Of a stretch of DNA of 32,000 nucleotides, positions 6,648 through 16,600 are shown piece by piece. A program made the translations under genes and the position numbers. Location: the NCBI GenBank assembly GCA_041657425.1, contig JBBABY010000001.1, positions 120,001 to 152,000 on the forward strand, written 5' to 3'. Within the stretch, counting starts at the first letter, position 1. Each line of letters begins with the position of its first letter. The notes under the pieces are model-generated. The model was not told the origin of the DNA. It saw nothing but the letters and a program-made list of their open reading frames with translations, and made no database searches. Origin of the DNA: an archaeon. GTDB lineage: Archaea; Iainarchaeota; Iainarchaeia; Iainarchaeales; CSSED10-239.

Positions 6648-7226
6648 TTATTCGCAAATATAGCCTGTTGTTCTATCTTCTATCTTATTTACAATACCTT
6701 GTAATCTTTCAATGTTTTTAGCAATTATAGCTTTCTTTTTCTTTAAACTATTAGCTAATGTTTTAGAATTCATAATCTCTAACGTTTTATTACAATTAGG
6801 GCATTTAAAATTATAAGCTGCCGCAACTTCAAAAGGCACATCTATACATTTCTTAGGACAATAGAAGTAATCTCTCCCTTGCTGTAAGCTTAAAGTTTCT
6901 TCAATTTTCTTAAGACTCTCAATCTCGCTTTCCATAACTAGTTCAATAATTTTCTTAAATTTTATTTCCCAGTAGAAATCAAACATATTTTGATTATTTC
7001 TAACTTTTTTATAACAAGCAATCCCTCTATAGTGAAGACTATTAAGAGTAGATCTAATAGTAGTAATTTTCTTCTTTAATTTTTCAGAAATTTCTTCAGG
7101 TGAATAAGATTTATCTGTATTATACATTTTAATGATTTCTGGAGCTAATGGACCAGCAACTTGTTCTAAAAATTGTTTTGTTGTTTTATCAATTAGCATT
7201 TCTTTTTTAAGTTTATTTAATGTCAT
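6648..7226 (-). CDS. tfe: Transcription factor E (TFE, TFIIE-alpha homolog)
   Basis: N-terminal winged helix followed by a zinc ribbon, CPKKC...(x17)...CPNC. The 192-aa size fits archaeal TFE. GGTGA SD about 8 nt upstream of the ATG. Confidence 0.75.
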   Translation of the reverse strand: MTLNKLKKEMLIDKTTKQFLEQVAGPLAPEIIKMYNTDKSYSPEEISEKLKKKITTIRSTLNSLHYRGIACYKKVRNNQNMFDFYWEIKFKKIIELVMESEIESLKKIEETLSLQQGRDYFYCPKKCIDVPFEVAAAYNFKCPNCNKTLEIMNSKTLANSLKKKKAIIAKNIERLQGIVNKIEDRTTGYICE

Positions 7227-7284
7227 TAAGTTTTCACCTTGAAACTAAAGAATATAGAAATTATATATATTAATACCAAACTCA

Positions 7285-7830
7285 TTATAAACTAATAACT
7301 TTTTTTATAGTATTACTTGGTATAATTTTTATTTTACTATTATCAAATGGTTTATTCATACAATCAGGGTCGATTAAATAAAGAATCAAACCTAACGCAG
7401 ATACTTCGCTATGTGGTTGATTGCCAATTGCAATATTAAAATCTGCGAGTTCATAATATTCTTTAGGCACTTTTGAACCACCTACAATTAAAAGTAAGTT
7501 TTTAGAAATTTTTTCTTTTTTTATTTCTTCAATTTTTTCTAGAACTGGAAGTCCATACATTGTTAAGTGAATTACTATTCCTTGATTTTCTTTAAATTTC
7601 TTTACAAAAGATAAAGGTTCCGCAGTATATTCTATTTTGAAATCCCCACCCCAATTTTCATTAATTTTAGAAAGCACTTCAATTATAGTACTATCTTCCA
7701 CTCCTGAAAAATAAAACTCATTTGCTCCAAAAGCTCTAGATACTAAAGCACAATGAGTAGTTATTCTTTTATCTCTGTAAGGTCTGTGGTCTAATCTTAA
7801 GATAGTAAGTTTATAAACATTTTGAGTCAT
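7285..7830 (-). CDS. trm56: tRNA (cytidine56-2'-O)-methyltransferase aTrm56 (SPOUT family)
   Basis: N-terminal LRLDHRPYRDKRITTHCALVSRAFGA matches the conserved aTrm56 signature (LRLGHRxxRDKRxTTHVxLxARAFGA). Confidence 0.8.
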   Translation of the reverse strand: MTQNVYKLTILRLDHRPYRDKRITTHCALVSRAFGANEFYFSGVEDSTIIEVLSKINENWGGDFKIEYTAEPLSFVKKFKENQGIVIHLTMYGLPVLEKIEEIKKEKISKNLLLIVGGSKVPKEYYELADFNIAIGNQPHSEVSALGLILYLIDPDCMNKPFDNSKIKIIPSNTIKKVISL

Positions 7831-7892
7831 AAATATAATATATACAAATTGATTATATATATTTCGACTTTAGTAATATTACCCAAACAATT

Positions 7893-7966
7893 GGATCTGT
7901 AGCTCAGCTTGGTAGAGCACGGGACTTTTAATCCCGGTGTCGAGGGTTCGAATCCCTCCAGGTTCA
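7893..7966 (+). tRNA. tRNA-Lys (anticodon TTT)
   Basis: Fold: GGATCTG-TA-GCTC AGCTTGGTA GAGC-A-CGGGA CTTTTAA TCCCG-GTGTC-GAGGG TTCGAAT CCCTC-CAGGTTC-A. Acceptor stem has two G:U pairs. No encoded CCA. Confidence 0.9.
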
Positions 7967-7979
7967 ATCCAAATATATT

Positions 7980-8053
7980 GGGCTCGTAGCTCAGCTTGGT
8001 AGAGCACAAGACTCTTAATCTTGGTGTCGAGGGTTCAAATCCCTTCGGGCTCA
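7980..8053 (+). tRNA. tRNA-Lys (anticodon CTT)
   Basis: Fold: GGGCTCG-TA-GCTC AGCTTGGTA GAGC-A-CAAGA CTCTTAA TCTTG-GTGTC-GAGGG TTCAAAT CCCTT-CGGGCTC-A. No encoded CCA. Confidence 0.9.
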
Positions 8054-8073
8054 CATTTAGTAAAATCAGTTTT

Positions 8074-8147
8074 GAGACTGTAGCTCAGCCTGGGAGAGCA
8101 ATAGGCTGAAGACCTATGTGTCGTGGGTCCAAATCCCATCAGTCTCA
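8074..8147 (+). tRNA. tRNA-Phe (anticodon GAA)
   Basis: Fold: GAGACTG-TA-GCTC AGCCTGGGA GAGC-A-ATAGG CTGAAGA CCTAT-GTGTC-GTGGG TCCAAAT CCCAT-CAGTCTC-A. No encoded CCA. Confidence 0.9.
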
Positions 8148-8181
8148 TATTTTACTAAATTTAAAAGAAGAATCGGAAGCC

Positions 8182-10590
8182 ATGGAAAAAAACTTAACTC
8201 CAATGATGAAACAATATTTGGAAACCAAGAAAGAATTTCCAGACGGTATATTACTATTTAGGGCTGGAGACTTCTATGAGATGTTTTATGATGATGCAAA
8301 AATAGCATCGCAAATTCTTAATATAACTCTCACTAAAAGAGGAAAAAATGAAACAGAGGCACCATTAGCAGGCATACCTTATCACGCTCTTGATCCTTAT
8401 GTATCTAAACTAATTAAAGCAGGGAAAAAGGTAGTAATTTGTGAGCAAATAGAAGACCCAAAATTTGCAAAAGGATTAGTAAAGAGAGCAGTGACTAGAA
8501 TTATAACTCCAAGTACTGTTTTTACAGACAACTATGAAAACAATTATCTTTGTTCAATTTCTAAACAAAAAGAAAGTTTTGGTTTTTCGTTAATTGATAT
8601 AACTACTGGAGAATTCAAGACAAATACATTTAATACATTTAGTGAGATATTAAATGAATTAAGTTTAATTAAACCTAAAGAACTAATTATTACAAAAAAT
8701 ATATTAGATAATTTTGATCAGATTAATTTAATAAAAAAATCAATTTCTAATGTAATTATTAATTATACAGATAATTTAGATATAGGAATTTCTAAAGCAA
8801 AATTATTAGATCACTTTGGAGCAAGGTTTAATTCTTTTGGAATAATCGATCAACAGGCAATTGTTTCATCTTATAATGCAATTAAATATTTGAAAGACAC
8901 TCAATTTTTAGATTTAAAATATATTAATACAATTAAAGAATACAATTTAAATAAATACATAAAAATCGACAGAAAGACTGCTGCAAATTTAGAGATTGTA
9001 TCTAATTTAAGAGATAATTCTACAAACAATAGTTTATTTTCTATAATTAATAATACAAAGACAGCCTTAGGACACAGAAAATTATATTTCGATTTATTAC
9101 ATCCATTAACAGATAAACAAGAAATCTTAGAATTAAATTTAGCAGTAAAAGAAATAAAAGAAAATGTATTTCTTCAAGAAGAGTTAAGTCAACAATTATC
9201 TTATATTGGAGATTTAGAGAAAATAATAAGTAAGATCGGATTTGGTAATTGTAATCCTAGAGATTTAATTGCTTTAAAACAAAGTTTACAGATTATTCCA
9301 AATATAAAAACAACACTGCAAGATGGCGATTCAAATAAATTAAAAGAAATAAGAGAAAATCTAGTTAGTTTAAATAATATAGTTAAATTAATAGACGCAG
9401 GGGTTGTTGATTCTCCTCCATTAAGTATAAGAGAAGGAGGATTTATTAAACCTCAATTTTCTAAAGAATTATATGATATTACTAATATAAATAAAACTAC
9501 AAATTCTTGGTTAATGGAATACGAAGCAGAATTAAAACAAAAAACAAATATTAAATCTTTAAAATTAAAATTTAATAAAATATTTGGGTATTATATAGAA
9601 ATTCCAAAAGCACAAGCAATTAATCTTCCAGAATATCTAGAAAGAAAGCAAACATTAGTTAATTGTGAAAGATATACGACTATAGAGTTAAGCGAAAAAG
9701 AATCTATGGTAATGCACGCAAAAGAAAGAAGAGAAGAACTAGAATATAGTATATTTTTAGAAATATGTAAAGAAATATTAAGTGATCAAGAATCAATAAG
9801 AGAGCTTGCAAAATATGTAGCTCAATTAGATGAATTATATTCTTTTGCTTATATAAGTAATAAAAATGATTATTGCATCCCGAAATTAGATAATTCAGAC
9901 ATCGTTCAATTTAAAGATTTAAGGCATCCATTAATTGAACAACAACACTCCTTTATTCCAAATGATTGTAATTTAGATTTAAATAATAGGACTATGATAA
10001 TTACTGGCCCTAATATGGCAGGAAAGAGTAGTTATATGAGAAGTGTATGTCTTTCACTAATTATTGGACACACAGGGTGTTTTATTCCTGCAACTGCTGC
10101 TCACATTGGAGAAATAGATGCAATTTATACTAGAGTTGGCGCATCTGACGATATAATTCATGGGCAAAGTACATTTCTTGTAGAGATGTCAGAGGTCGCT
10201 TATATTTTAAACAATGCCACAAAAGATAGTGTAGTTATTTTAGATGAAATAGGCAGAGGTACAAGTACATTTGATGGAATAAGTATTGCTTGGTCAGTTG
10301 TGAAATATTTTAATAACACAATAAAATGCAAAACTCTACTTGCAACTCATTATCATATATTAAATAAAATGGAAGAAACTAATTCAGGAATTTGCAATTA
10401 TCATGTAACTGCCAAAGAAGAAGGAGATAGTCTCCATTTTTATCACAAATTACAGAAAGGCGGAATTAATAAAAGTTATGGGATACAAGTTGCAAAATTA
10501 GCGGGTGTAAATAAAGAAATAATAGATAGTGCTTTAGCAATACAAAAAGATTTAGAAAATAATTCTTTTTTAAAAAAGAATGAATTGTGA
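8182..10590 (+). CDS. mutS: DNA mismatch repair protein MutS (bacterial MutS1 type); start moved to the ATG at 8182
   Basis: MEKNLTPMMKQYLETKKEFPD...AGDFYEMFYDDA (Phe-x-Glu mismatch-binding motif). Walker A GPNMAGKSSYMRS. STFLVEMSE and DEIGRGTSTFDG. The track start at 8116 overlaps tRNA-Phe (8074..8147), so the in-frame ATG at 8182 is preferred. Confidence 0.9.
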   Translation: MEKNLTPMMKQYLETKKEFPDGILLFRAGDFYEMFYDDAKIASQILNITLTKRGKNETEAPLAGIPYHALDPYVSKLIKAGKKVVICEQIEDPKFAKGLVKRAVTRIITPSTVFTDNYENNYLCSISKQKESFGFSLIDITTGEFKTNTFNTFSEILNELSLIKPKELIITKNILDNFDQINLIKKSISNVIINYTDNLDIGISKAKLLDHFGARFNSFGIIDQQAIVSSYNAIKYLKDTQFLDLKYINTIKEYNLNKYIKIDRKTAANLEIVSNLRDNSTNNSLFSIINNTKTALGHRKLYFDLLHPLTDKQEILELNLAVKEIKENVFLQEELSQQLSYIGDLEKIISKIGFGNCNPRDLIALKQSLQIIPNIKTTLQDGDSNKLKEIRENLVSLNNIVKLIDAGVVDSPPLSIREGGFIKPQFSKELYDITNINKTTNSWLMEYEAELKQKTNIKSLKLKFNKIFGYYIEIPKAQAINLPEYLERKQTLVNCERYTTIELSEKESMVMHAKERREELEYSIFLEICKEILSDQESIRELAKYVAQLDELYSFAYISNKNDYCIPKLDNSDIVQFKDLRHPLIEQQHSFIPNDCNLDLNNRTMIITGPNMAGKSSYMRSVCLSLIIGHTGCFIPATAAHIGEIDAIYTRVGASDDIIHGQSTFLVEMSEVAYILNNATKDSVVILDEIGRGTSTFDGISIAWSVVKYFNNTIKCKTLLATHYHILNKMEETNSGICNYHVTAKEEGDSLHFYHKLQKGGINKSYGIQVAKLAGVNKEIIDSALAIQKDLENNSFLKKNEL

Positions 10591-12353
10591 AAATTAAAAT
10601 GATAAAGAAATTAAGTCAAGAAACAATTAATTTAATAAGTGCGGGAGAAGTTATAGAGGGCCCAAGCGATATATTAAAAGAATTAATTGAAAATTCTATT
10701 GATGCAGGAGCAAAATCTATTGTCATTAAATTAAAAAATTGCGGAATAGATTTAATCGAAATAAAAGATGACGGTTCGGGAATTAGTAAAGAAGATTTAG
10801 AGGTTTGTACTCAAAGACACACCACAAGTAAACTAGAAAAAATTGATGACCTTTATTCAATAGCCACTTTTGGTTTTAGAGGAGAAGCATTATCAAGTAT
10901 CAATTCAATTTCTAAAATGGAGATTATCAGTACTGATAATGATGCTGGGCAAGGGTATATTTTAAGAAATGGCGAAATAAAATCAATTTCTTCTCCAAGA
11001 GGTACAATCATAAAAATCGAAGATTTATTCTACAACGTCCCAGTAAGAAAGAAATTTCTAAAATCAAAAACATTTGAATTAGCTAAGGCAAACAACACAA
11101 TACTAGAATTTGTAATACAATATCCAGAAATTAGATTTCAGATATTCTCTGATAAAAAAGAAGATACTTATCCTAAAACCACTCCAGAAAATAGATATTC
11201 TCAGGTTTTTGGTAAAGATATATTGTCTAAAGTAAATACTATTGATCAAAAATCTGAAATTTTAAAAATAAGAGGAATAATAGCTAAACCTAAACATTAT
11301 TTTTTTTATCCCTCTAATTTTTTATATATTAATAAAAGACCAGTAATTAGTACACAGGTAAATAAGATTATTATTAATTCTTATAAAGACTATTTAATGA
11401 CACACCAAAAGCCATTCTTTGTGTTGTTTATTGAACTTGATTCAAAGACAATAGATGTTAACATTCATCCTAAAAAAAGATTTGTAAAAATACAAAACGA
11501 ATTTTTATTTAATTCCGGATTAAAAGAAATTATTAATTCTGTGCTTTTTTCAAATACGAAAGAAACAGTAGTTTCAGAAGACAATAGACAAATTACGGAT
11601 TTTTTAGGTAATTCGTTTAATGTTGAATACCCTGTGAGTTCTAATAACTTAAATTCTCCAAATCAATTAGATTATTTAATAAAAGAGAATTCAGATATCA
11701 AAAATGAATTAAAAAATAAAGATATATTTTATTTTACAAATAAAACAGAAGAGATTAGAAAAGTTGTGCTTGATGCACATGAAATAAACGAAATTGCGGG
11801 GCAAGTATTTGATACATTTATTGTATGTAAAACTCCTGATGGTTTATTGTTAATAGATCAACACGCTGCAGAAGAAAGAATAAATTTAGAAAAAAATAGA
11901 TTAGCATATTCTTCTGAATTTAAAATACAAAATTTAGTTATTCCCCAAAAATTAGATTTTATTTCGGATATTCAAAAAGAGTTTATATTAATTAATAAAA
12001 AGTTATTGGCAGATTTAGGATTTACTATTGAATTAAAAAGAGAGAGATTATATTTAATCACAATTCCTGAATTTTTAGAGCATTATTTCGATTATAAGTT
12101 TTTTTTAGAACTGCTTCAAAATATTGAAGAATCAAATAATTTTGATATTGCCAAAATTAAAGATAAGATTTTAAAATTGAAATCCTGTAAAGAATCAATA
12201 AAAGCAAACGCTCCTCTAAGCATTTCTCAAATATATAATTTGATTGTAAATTTAGATAAGTGTCAAGACAAAGGGATATGCGCACACGGAAGGCCCACTT
12301 ATATTTTGATTAATAAAAAAGAATTAAATAAAATGTTTAAAAGGATTATTTAA
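10587..12353 (+). CDS. mutL: DNA mismatch repair protein MutL (endonuclease-proficient type); start at GTG 10587 or ATG 10599
   Basis: GHKL ATPase motifs ISAGEVIEGPSDILKELIENSIDAGA and FGFRGEAL. C-terminal endonuclease motifs DQHAAEERINLE and CAHGRP. The GTG at 10587 overlaps the mutS stop (GTGA). Confidence 0.9.
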   Translation: MKIKMIKKLSQETINLISAGEVIEGPSDILKELIENSIDAGAKSIVIKLKNCGIDLIEIKDDGSGISKEDLEVCTQRHTTSKLEKIDDLYSIATFGFRGEALSSINSISKMEIISTDNDAGQGYILRNGEIKSISSPRGTIIKIEDLFYNVPVRKKFLKSKTFELAKANNTILEFVIQYPEIRFQIFSDKKEDTYPKTTPENRYSQVFGKDILSKVNTIDQKSEILKIRGIIAKPKHYFFYPSNFLYINKRPVISTQVNKIIINSYKDYLMTHQKPFFVLFIELDSKTIDVNIHPKKRFVKIQNEFLFNSGLKEIINSVLFSNTKETVVSEDNRQITDFLGNSFNVEYPVSSNNLNSPNQLDYLIKENSDIKNELKNKDIFYFTNKTEEIRKVVLDAHEINEIAGQVFDTFIVCKTPDGLLLIDQHAAEERINLEKNRLAYSSEFKIQNLVIPQKLDFISDIQKEFILINKKLLADLGFTIELKRERLYLITIPEFLEHYFDYKFFLELLQNIEESNNFDIAKIKDKILKLKSCKESIKANAPLSISQIYNLIVNLDKCQDKGICAHGRPTYILINKKELNKMFKRII

Positions 12354-12355
12354 TA

Positions 12356-13531
12356 TTATAGTCTAACAATCCAAACATATATTAAAATAGTAATCAGTAA
12401 GAACACTCCAATCATTTCCTTTACATAATCTTTTTTAATATCTGTATTAATAGTAATAAGTTGAGCGCTAACCCCATTTTCAGTATTTCCTACATTATAA
12501 TATATTGTGGCATTAAGAGTGTGCTTTCCGATTTCATCAGTGATTATTTCAAAAGGGATTTCTTCAACTGCATATTTATTTAACATTTCAATTTGTCTTT
12601 TTGATAAAGTAATTTTATTATCAAAATTAGTTTCTATAGTAATATTCTCTATGTCGCTTTCAGACACATTTTTTATTATGATTTTACCTTGCGTTGGTTC
12701 ATTAATGATTACATCTCTAGGTGTGTCGATATAAACTTCAATTTTATTTTGGTTTTCCACTAGATTTATTTTTTCTTGTTTTGCATATATTGTTTTTGTA
12801 TTTTTAAATTCATCTATATATGTTAATTTTGCTTGCGGTGTTGCAAAACTAATTGTTTTGTTTGCTTTCAAAAAGTATTTTAACACTTTCGTCTCTCCTG
12901 GAAGTATTTCTCCAGAATAATTAGTCTCTCCAGAAACCGTCTCTAGATTTGAATTTTTAAGAAATATATCGTCTGCATAAATTATATTTACAGTTACTGT
13001 TTTCGGACTGTTATTTTCTGCATAGATTTCAATAGGTATTAACACATTATTATATCTTTCAGTGGTTAACACTTTTTGGTAAAATTCTGCAGGTTTAATT
13101 TCTCCAATAAGATACGTTCCAACCGTGCTTCTATTGGATATAATTACAAGAGGCAATACGAAATTCTCAACACACAATTTCAATTGATTATTTTCATTTA
13201 ATTTTCCAGTTAATTCTAGATAATTACTAGCAACTAAATCTTTTGCAAAAATAACACCTTGTAAATTATCATTAAGATATATACTTAGATTAAGGTCATC
13301 TTTTATAGGAATGTAATTTTCTATAATTATATTTGAAAATAATCTAGTTTCTGTAGTTTGATTTAATTTTTTAAAGTCATAAATTTTACATAAATTGGTA
13401 TTTTCTGAGACCTTTAGATTTCCGTATCCAAGTTCTGAAAAATTAATTGAATCAATTTTATCTGCAACAACTAAATTAAGTGCAAGTGTTAATAATAAAA
13501 TAACAAGTATTTTTTTAAACATATATATCAC
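12356..13531 (-). CDS. Secreted, C-terminally membrane-anchored protein of unknown function (beta-sandwich/CARDB-like repeats possible)
   Basis: N-terminal Sec-type signal MFKKILVILLLTLALNLVVA. C-terminal hydrophobic helix MIGVFLLITILIYVWIVRL. Segments such as GKIIIKNVSESDIENITIE resemble CARDB-like strands (weak). Confidence 0.55.
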   Translation of the reverse strand: MIYMFKKILVILLLTLALNLVVADKIDSINFSELGYGNLKVSENTNLCKIYDFKKLNQTTETRLFSNIIIENYIPIKDDLNLSIYLNDNLQGVIFAKDLVASNYLELTGKLNENNQLKLCVENFVLPLVIISNRSTVGTYLIGEIKPAEFYQKVLTTERYNNVLIPIEIYAENNSPKTVTVNIIYADDIFLKNSNLETVSGETNYSGEILPGETKVLKYFLKANKTISFATPQAKLTYIDEFKNTKTIYAKQEKINLVENQNKIEVYIDTPRDVIINEPTQGKIIIKNVSESDIENITIETNFDNKITLSKRQIEMLNKYAVEEIPFEIITDEIGKHTLNATIYYNVGNTENGVSAQLITINTDIKKDYVKEMIGVFLLITILIYVWIVRL

Positions 13532-13619
13532 ATTTTATGGTATTAAGTAATATATAATATAGAACATTTTATTTAAATATCTTACTTTTGAGCAATTATA
13601 AGATATAAGCAAAGTAAAC

Positions 13620-16600
13620 CTAATAATGTCTCAATATCTTTTGTTTTTTATCTTCTTTACTTAGTTTTTTCCGACCTTTTTTTCCAAATATAGCTGCGCT
13701 AATCGCAACAACAAAAAACACCCCTGCGATTGCAAATAATTGATAATTAATTTTAGAAACTGGCGCAGTTCTAGTGTTTAATAGTTTTATGTTTGTAATC
13801 ACTGTCAAATATTTTTTATTTTCGTAATCTTTTTTTATTGTTTCTATTTTAGTAGTATTTTCTTGTATTTTAGCTATTTTTGAATTATTTAAATTATTTA
13901 ATTCAGTAGTTGCATCTTTTTTAAATTGAGCTAATCCATTAATAACTAGATTTATTTCATTATTTAAATCTTTTAATCTATCAATACTAACAACATCTGT
14001 GTTTTGTAAGGCTTCAGAATAATCATTAATACTATAGGGTTTGCTAAAATCATAATTATTTTCTTTAAAAGAAACCGTATCTAGATAACTTAATTTTTTT
14101 TTCAATCTAGTTGCATCATCAACAGTAATTATTGGGTAATATTTTACTGCATAAAGGTCTGCAAGAGTAATGTCTGCATAAACCCAATTTACTTCATCAA
14201 TTGCATCTAATATATTCGTTTTATCTAATTCTGCAAAATAATTTATATATTCATTTGTTTCTTTTGATTTATTTTTTATTTTTTCATTTATTTCTGCTTC
14301 TATATTCACTAGCTCTATTTGGTTGTTTTCTGAAAAAGTAAGTGCATTTAATTTATTTATGGTTTCAGAATCAATTGTATCGGTATTTTTGCCTAGATCA
14401 ATGAGGTTTTTAATTTTGTTTTTAAAATCAGTATTTTTGATATTCTCTTGTGTTTTATACCTGGCACTTATAGTATTCTCTAGAGCGATAATTTTTTTAT
14501 ATGCCTCTATGGGGGTTGTATTAATTAATTCTTCGATTTTATTTAATTCAATTTCTTCATCTGCAGTTAATTGAAGTTCAAGTATTTGTGAAATAATTAG
14601 ATTGATATTATCTATTAATTGTAATTTTTGTTTATATTCTTTTTCAAGAACACTTAATTTCGTTCTTAAAGAATATATTTTATTTATTTCTTCAAAAGTG
14701 TAATTATTTTTTGGGAGTAATTCTCCAATTTCTGGCAATAGCATTTTACTTTTAGTTGAAATGTCACTAAATTCACAATTATTTAATAAATTTATTCTAG
14801 AGAGGATATCTTGAACTTCGGAATCCACAAACGCAAGATCTTCTATTAAATTTATTTCAATAGTTTTTTCTTCTTGGATTTTAAAGCAAGTATTTATACT
14901 TAATTTTCCATATTCTTTGTACGCATTTGTATTCTTTACATTTCCATTTTCTTTTACTAGTGCTACACAATTCTGGCAATTTGTAATTACTAATTCTCCG
15001 CAGAATTCTTCAGGATATACATTTTTTATCCTAAATTTATCTACAAGGATTGTCTCATTTGATTCAGTGTTTGTATTTTGTTCTAAATTTGTTATTGCCA
15101 GAATTTGAGCATAATATAATATTTTATTTTCTTTTTGAGTAATATATTCTATTTCTTGATTTTCTGTTAATTTATAATTCAAGGGGTCTATAAGCACAAC
15201 TTGTCCAAGATTTAGTGTATCGACCACCCCAATTACCTTATTTTGTATAATTGCTTCTAGTAGTGATTGATCTAAACTTAAAGTTATTACTTTTGTAGAA
15301 ATTGTTCTTTGATTTTTGTAATTAATTTTGAATGTATTAATGCCTTCGACTAATATATCTATGCAGATTTCGTTTTTATTGATTTTTAAACTAGAATCTA
15401 AGCTATTCATTACTGCTAAATTTATATCATTTGGAGAAAAACAAAAATCTGTAATTGTGAGGGTTCCGGGATTTTCAATTTTTAACACATATCCATTATC
15501 AGAATATACGATTTCATAATTTTTTAAAACCGTTTCCAACAGCCGGCCTTGCCAAATTTTTAAAAGTTGTTTATTAATTTTATTTAATTCTGAAAGATAA
15601 CTATCAATATTTATTATAATTTTATAATTGGGATATTTTTGATATCCTTCTATTTTATCTTCGTAATCCAGCAAAAGTATTTGTGTATCAAAATTTAATT
15701 CAAAAGTTTTTATGCTTTCAATTACGTTTTTATTTTCAGAAATTAATGTAAAATATAACAAGATTTGAGTATCATCTTCTAGAATATAATTATATTGATT
15801 CAAAACATCGATGCATTCAAAATCTATATTTAAGTTTGCGTCTTCTAGATAGCCTAAACTAATTAGTTTGCTATAATTTGATAAGCAATTTCTATTACTT
15901 AGTGCGTCTTTTAATTTCTGGCAATATTCTAATTTCGCAACCCCATTTTTTTCAAGATTGTAATTTTCAATAATTACTTTAAAATACCAATTATTGTAAT
16001 CTTTTGCGTCTTTAATAACTATATCACAATATTTTAGTTTTGTATTTAATATACTATTTTCATTTTCTGCAGTTAGTTTAGTGTCTTCAAGTGTTGCACT
16101 TAATTCTTTAAGTTTAGCAAGATAAAATCCAAATTTTAGTTGATTTCTAGAATATTTTTGTTTATAATCTAAAAACAAATCTTGGTCGTCAGAAGAGAGA
16201 TAGTTTATGTCCTCATTAATATTTTTTTCTAAACTTGCAATTCGTTCAAAAACAATCTTTAGATCTATATTTATTTTATTGTTCAATTCAATAAATTTTT
16301 TAAACAAAGAATCATTTGCTCCAAGATGTTTATCAAAAAGAATATATAAATTATAATTGTCTGCCTTAGAGAGATTAGTATTTATTTTTCTAAAGTTTTC
16401 AAAAGTAGATAATTTAGAGAATACAAAATTACTTGATTTAGAAATGATTGGAAGTTTTAACTCTTGTTCAGGATTATCAATATAGTCTTTATAATATGCG
16501 TAAATATCTATATAATTAACACTTGACATATAGCTTTTTGCAAATCCAAATTCTTTAGCAAGTTCACTTGCTTTTTGTGCTTCTCTCTTTAAAATAGAAA

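Noticed and set aside
7827-8054. Track ORF of 75 aa on the minus strand (MSPKGFEPSTPRLRVL...)
   Set aside because: It lies antisense across the two tRNA-Lys genes. The repeated GFEPSTP.L.V.CSTKLSY peptide is just the translated complement of two near-identical tRNAs.
8116-8181. N-terminal extension of MutS in the track (MCRGSKSHQSH...)
   Set aside because: It overlaps tRNA-Phe (8074..8147). The conserved MutS N-terminus (TPMMKQY) follows the in-frame ATG at 8182.
12507-12734. 75-aa plus-strand ORF inside the 12356..13531 gene
   Set aside because: Antisense shadow ORF within a longer, better-supported gene. Its hydrophobic, Ser/Ile-rich sequence is typical of AT-rich antisense frames.
14323-15519. 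Three plus-strand ORFs (14323..14574, 14917..15108, 15328..15519)
   Set aside because: All are embedded antisense in the 1175-aa gene. They are low-complexity F/S/I/L-rich with no start context.
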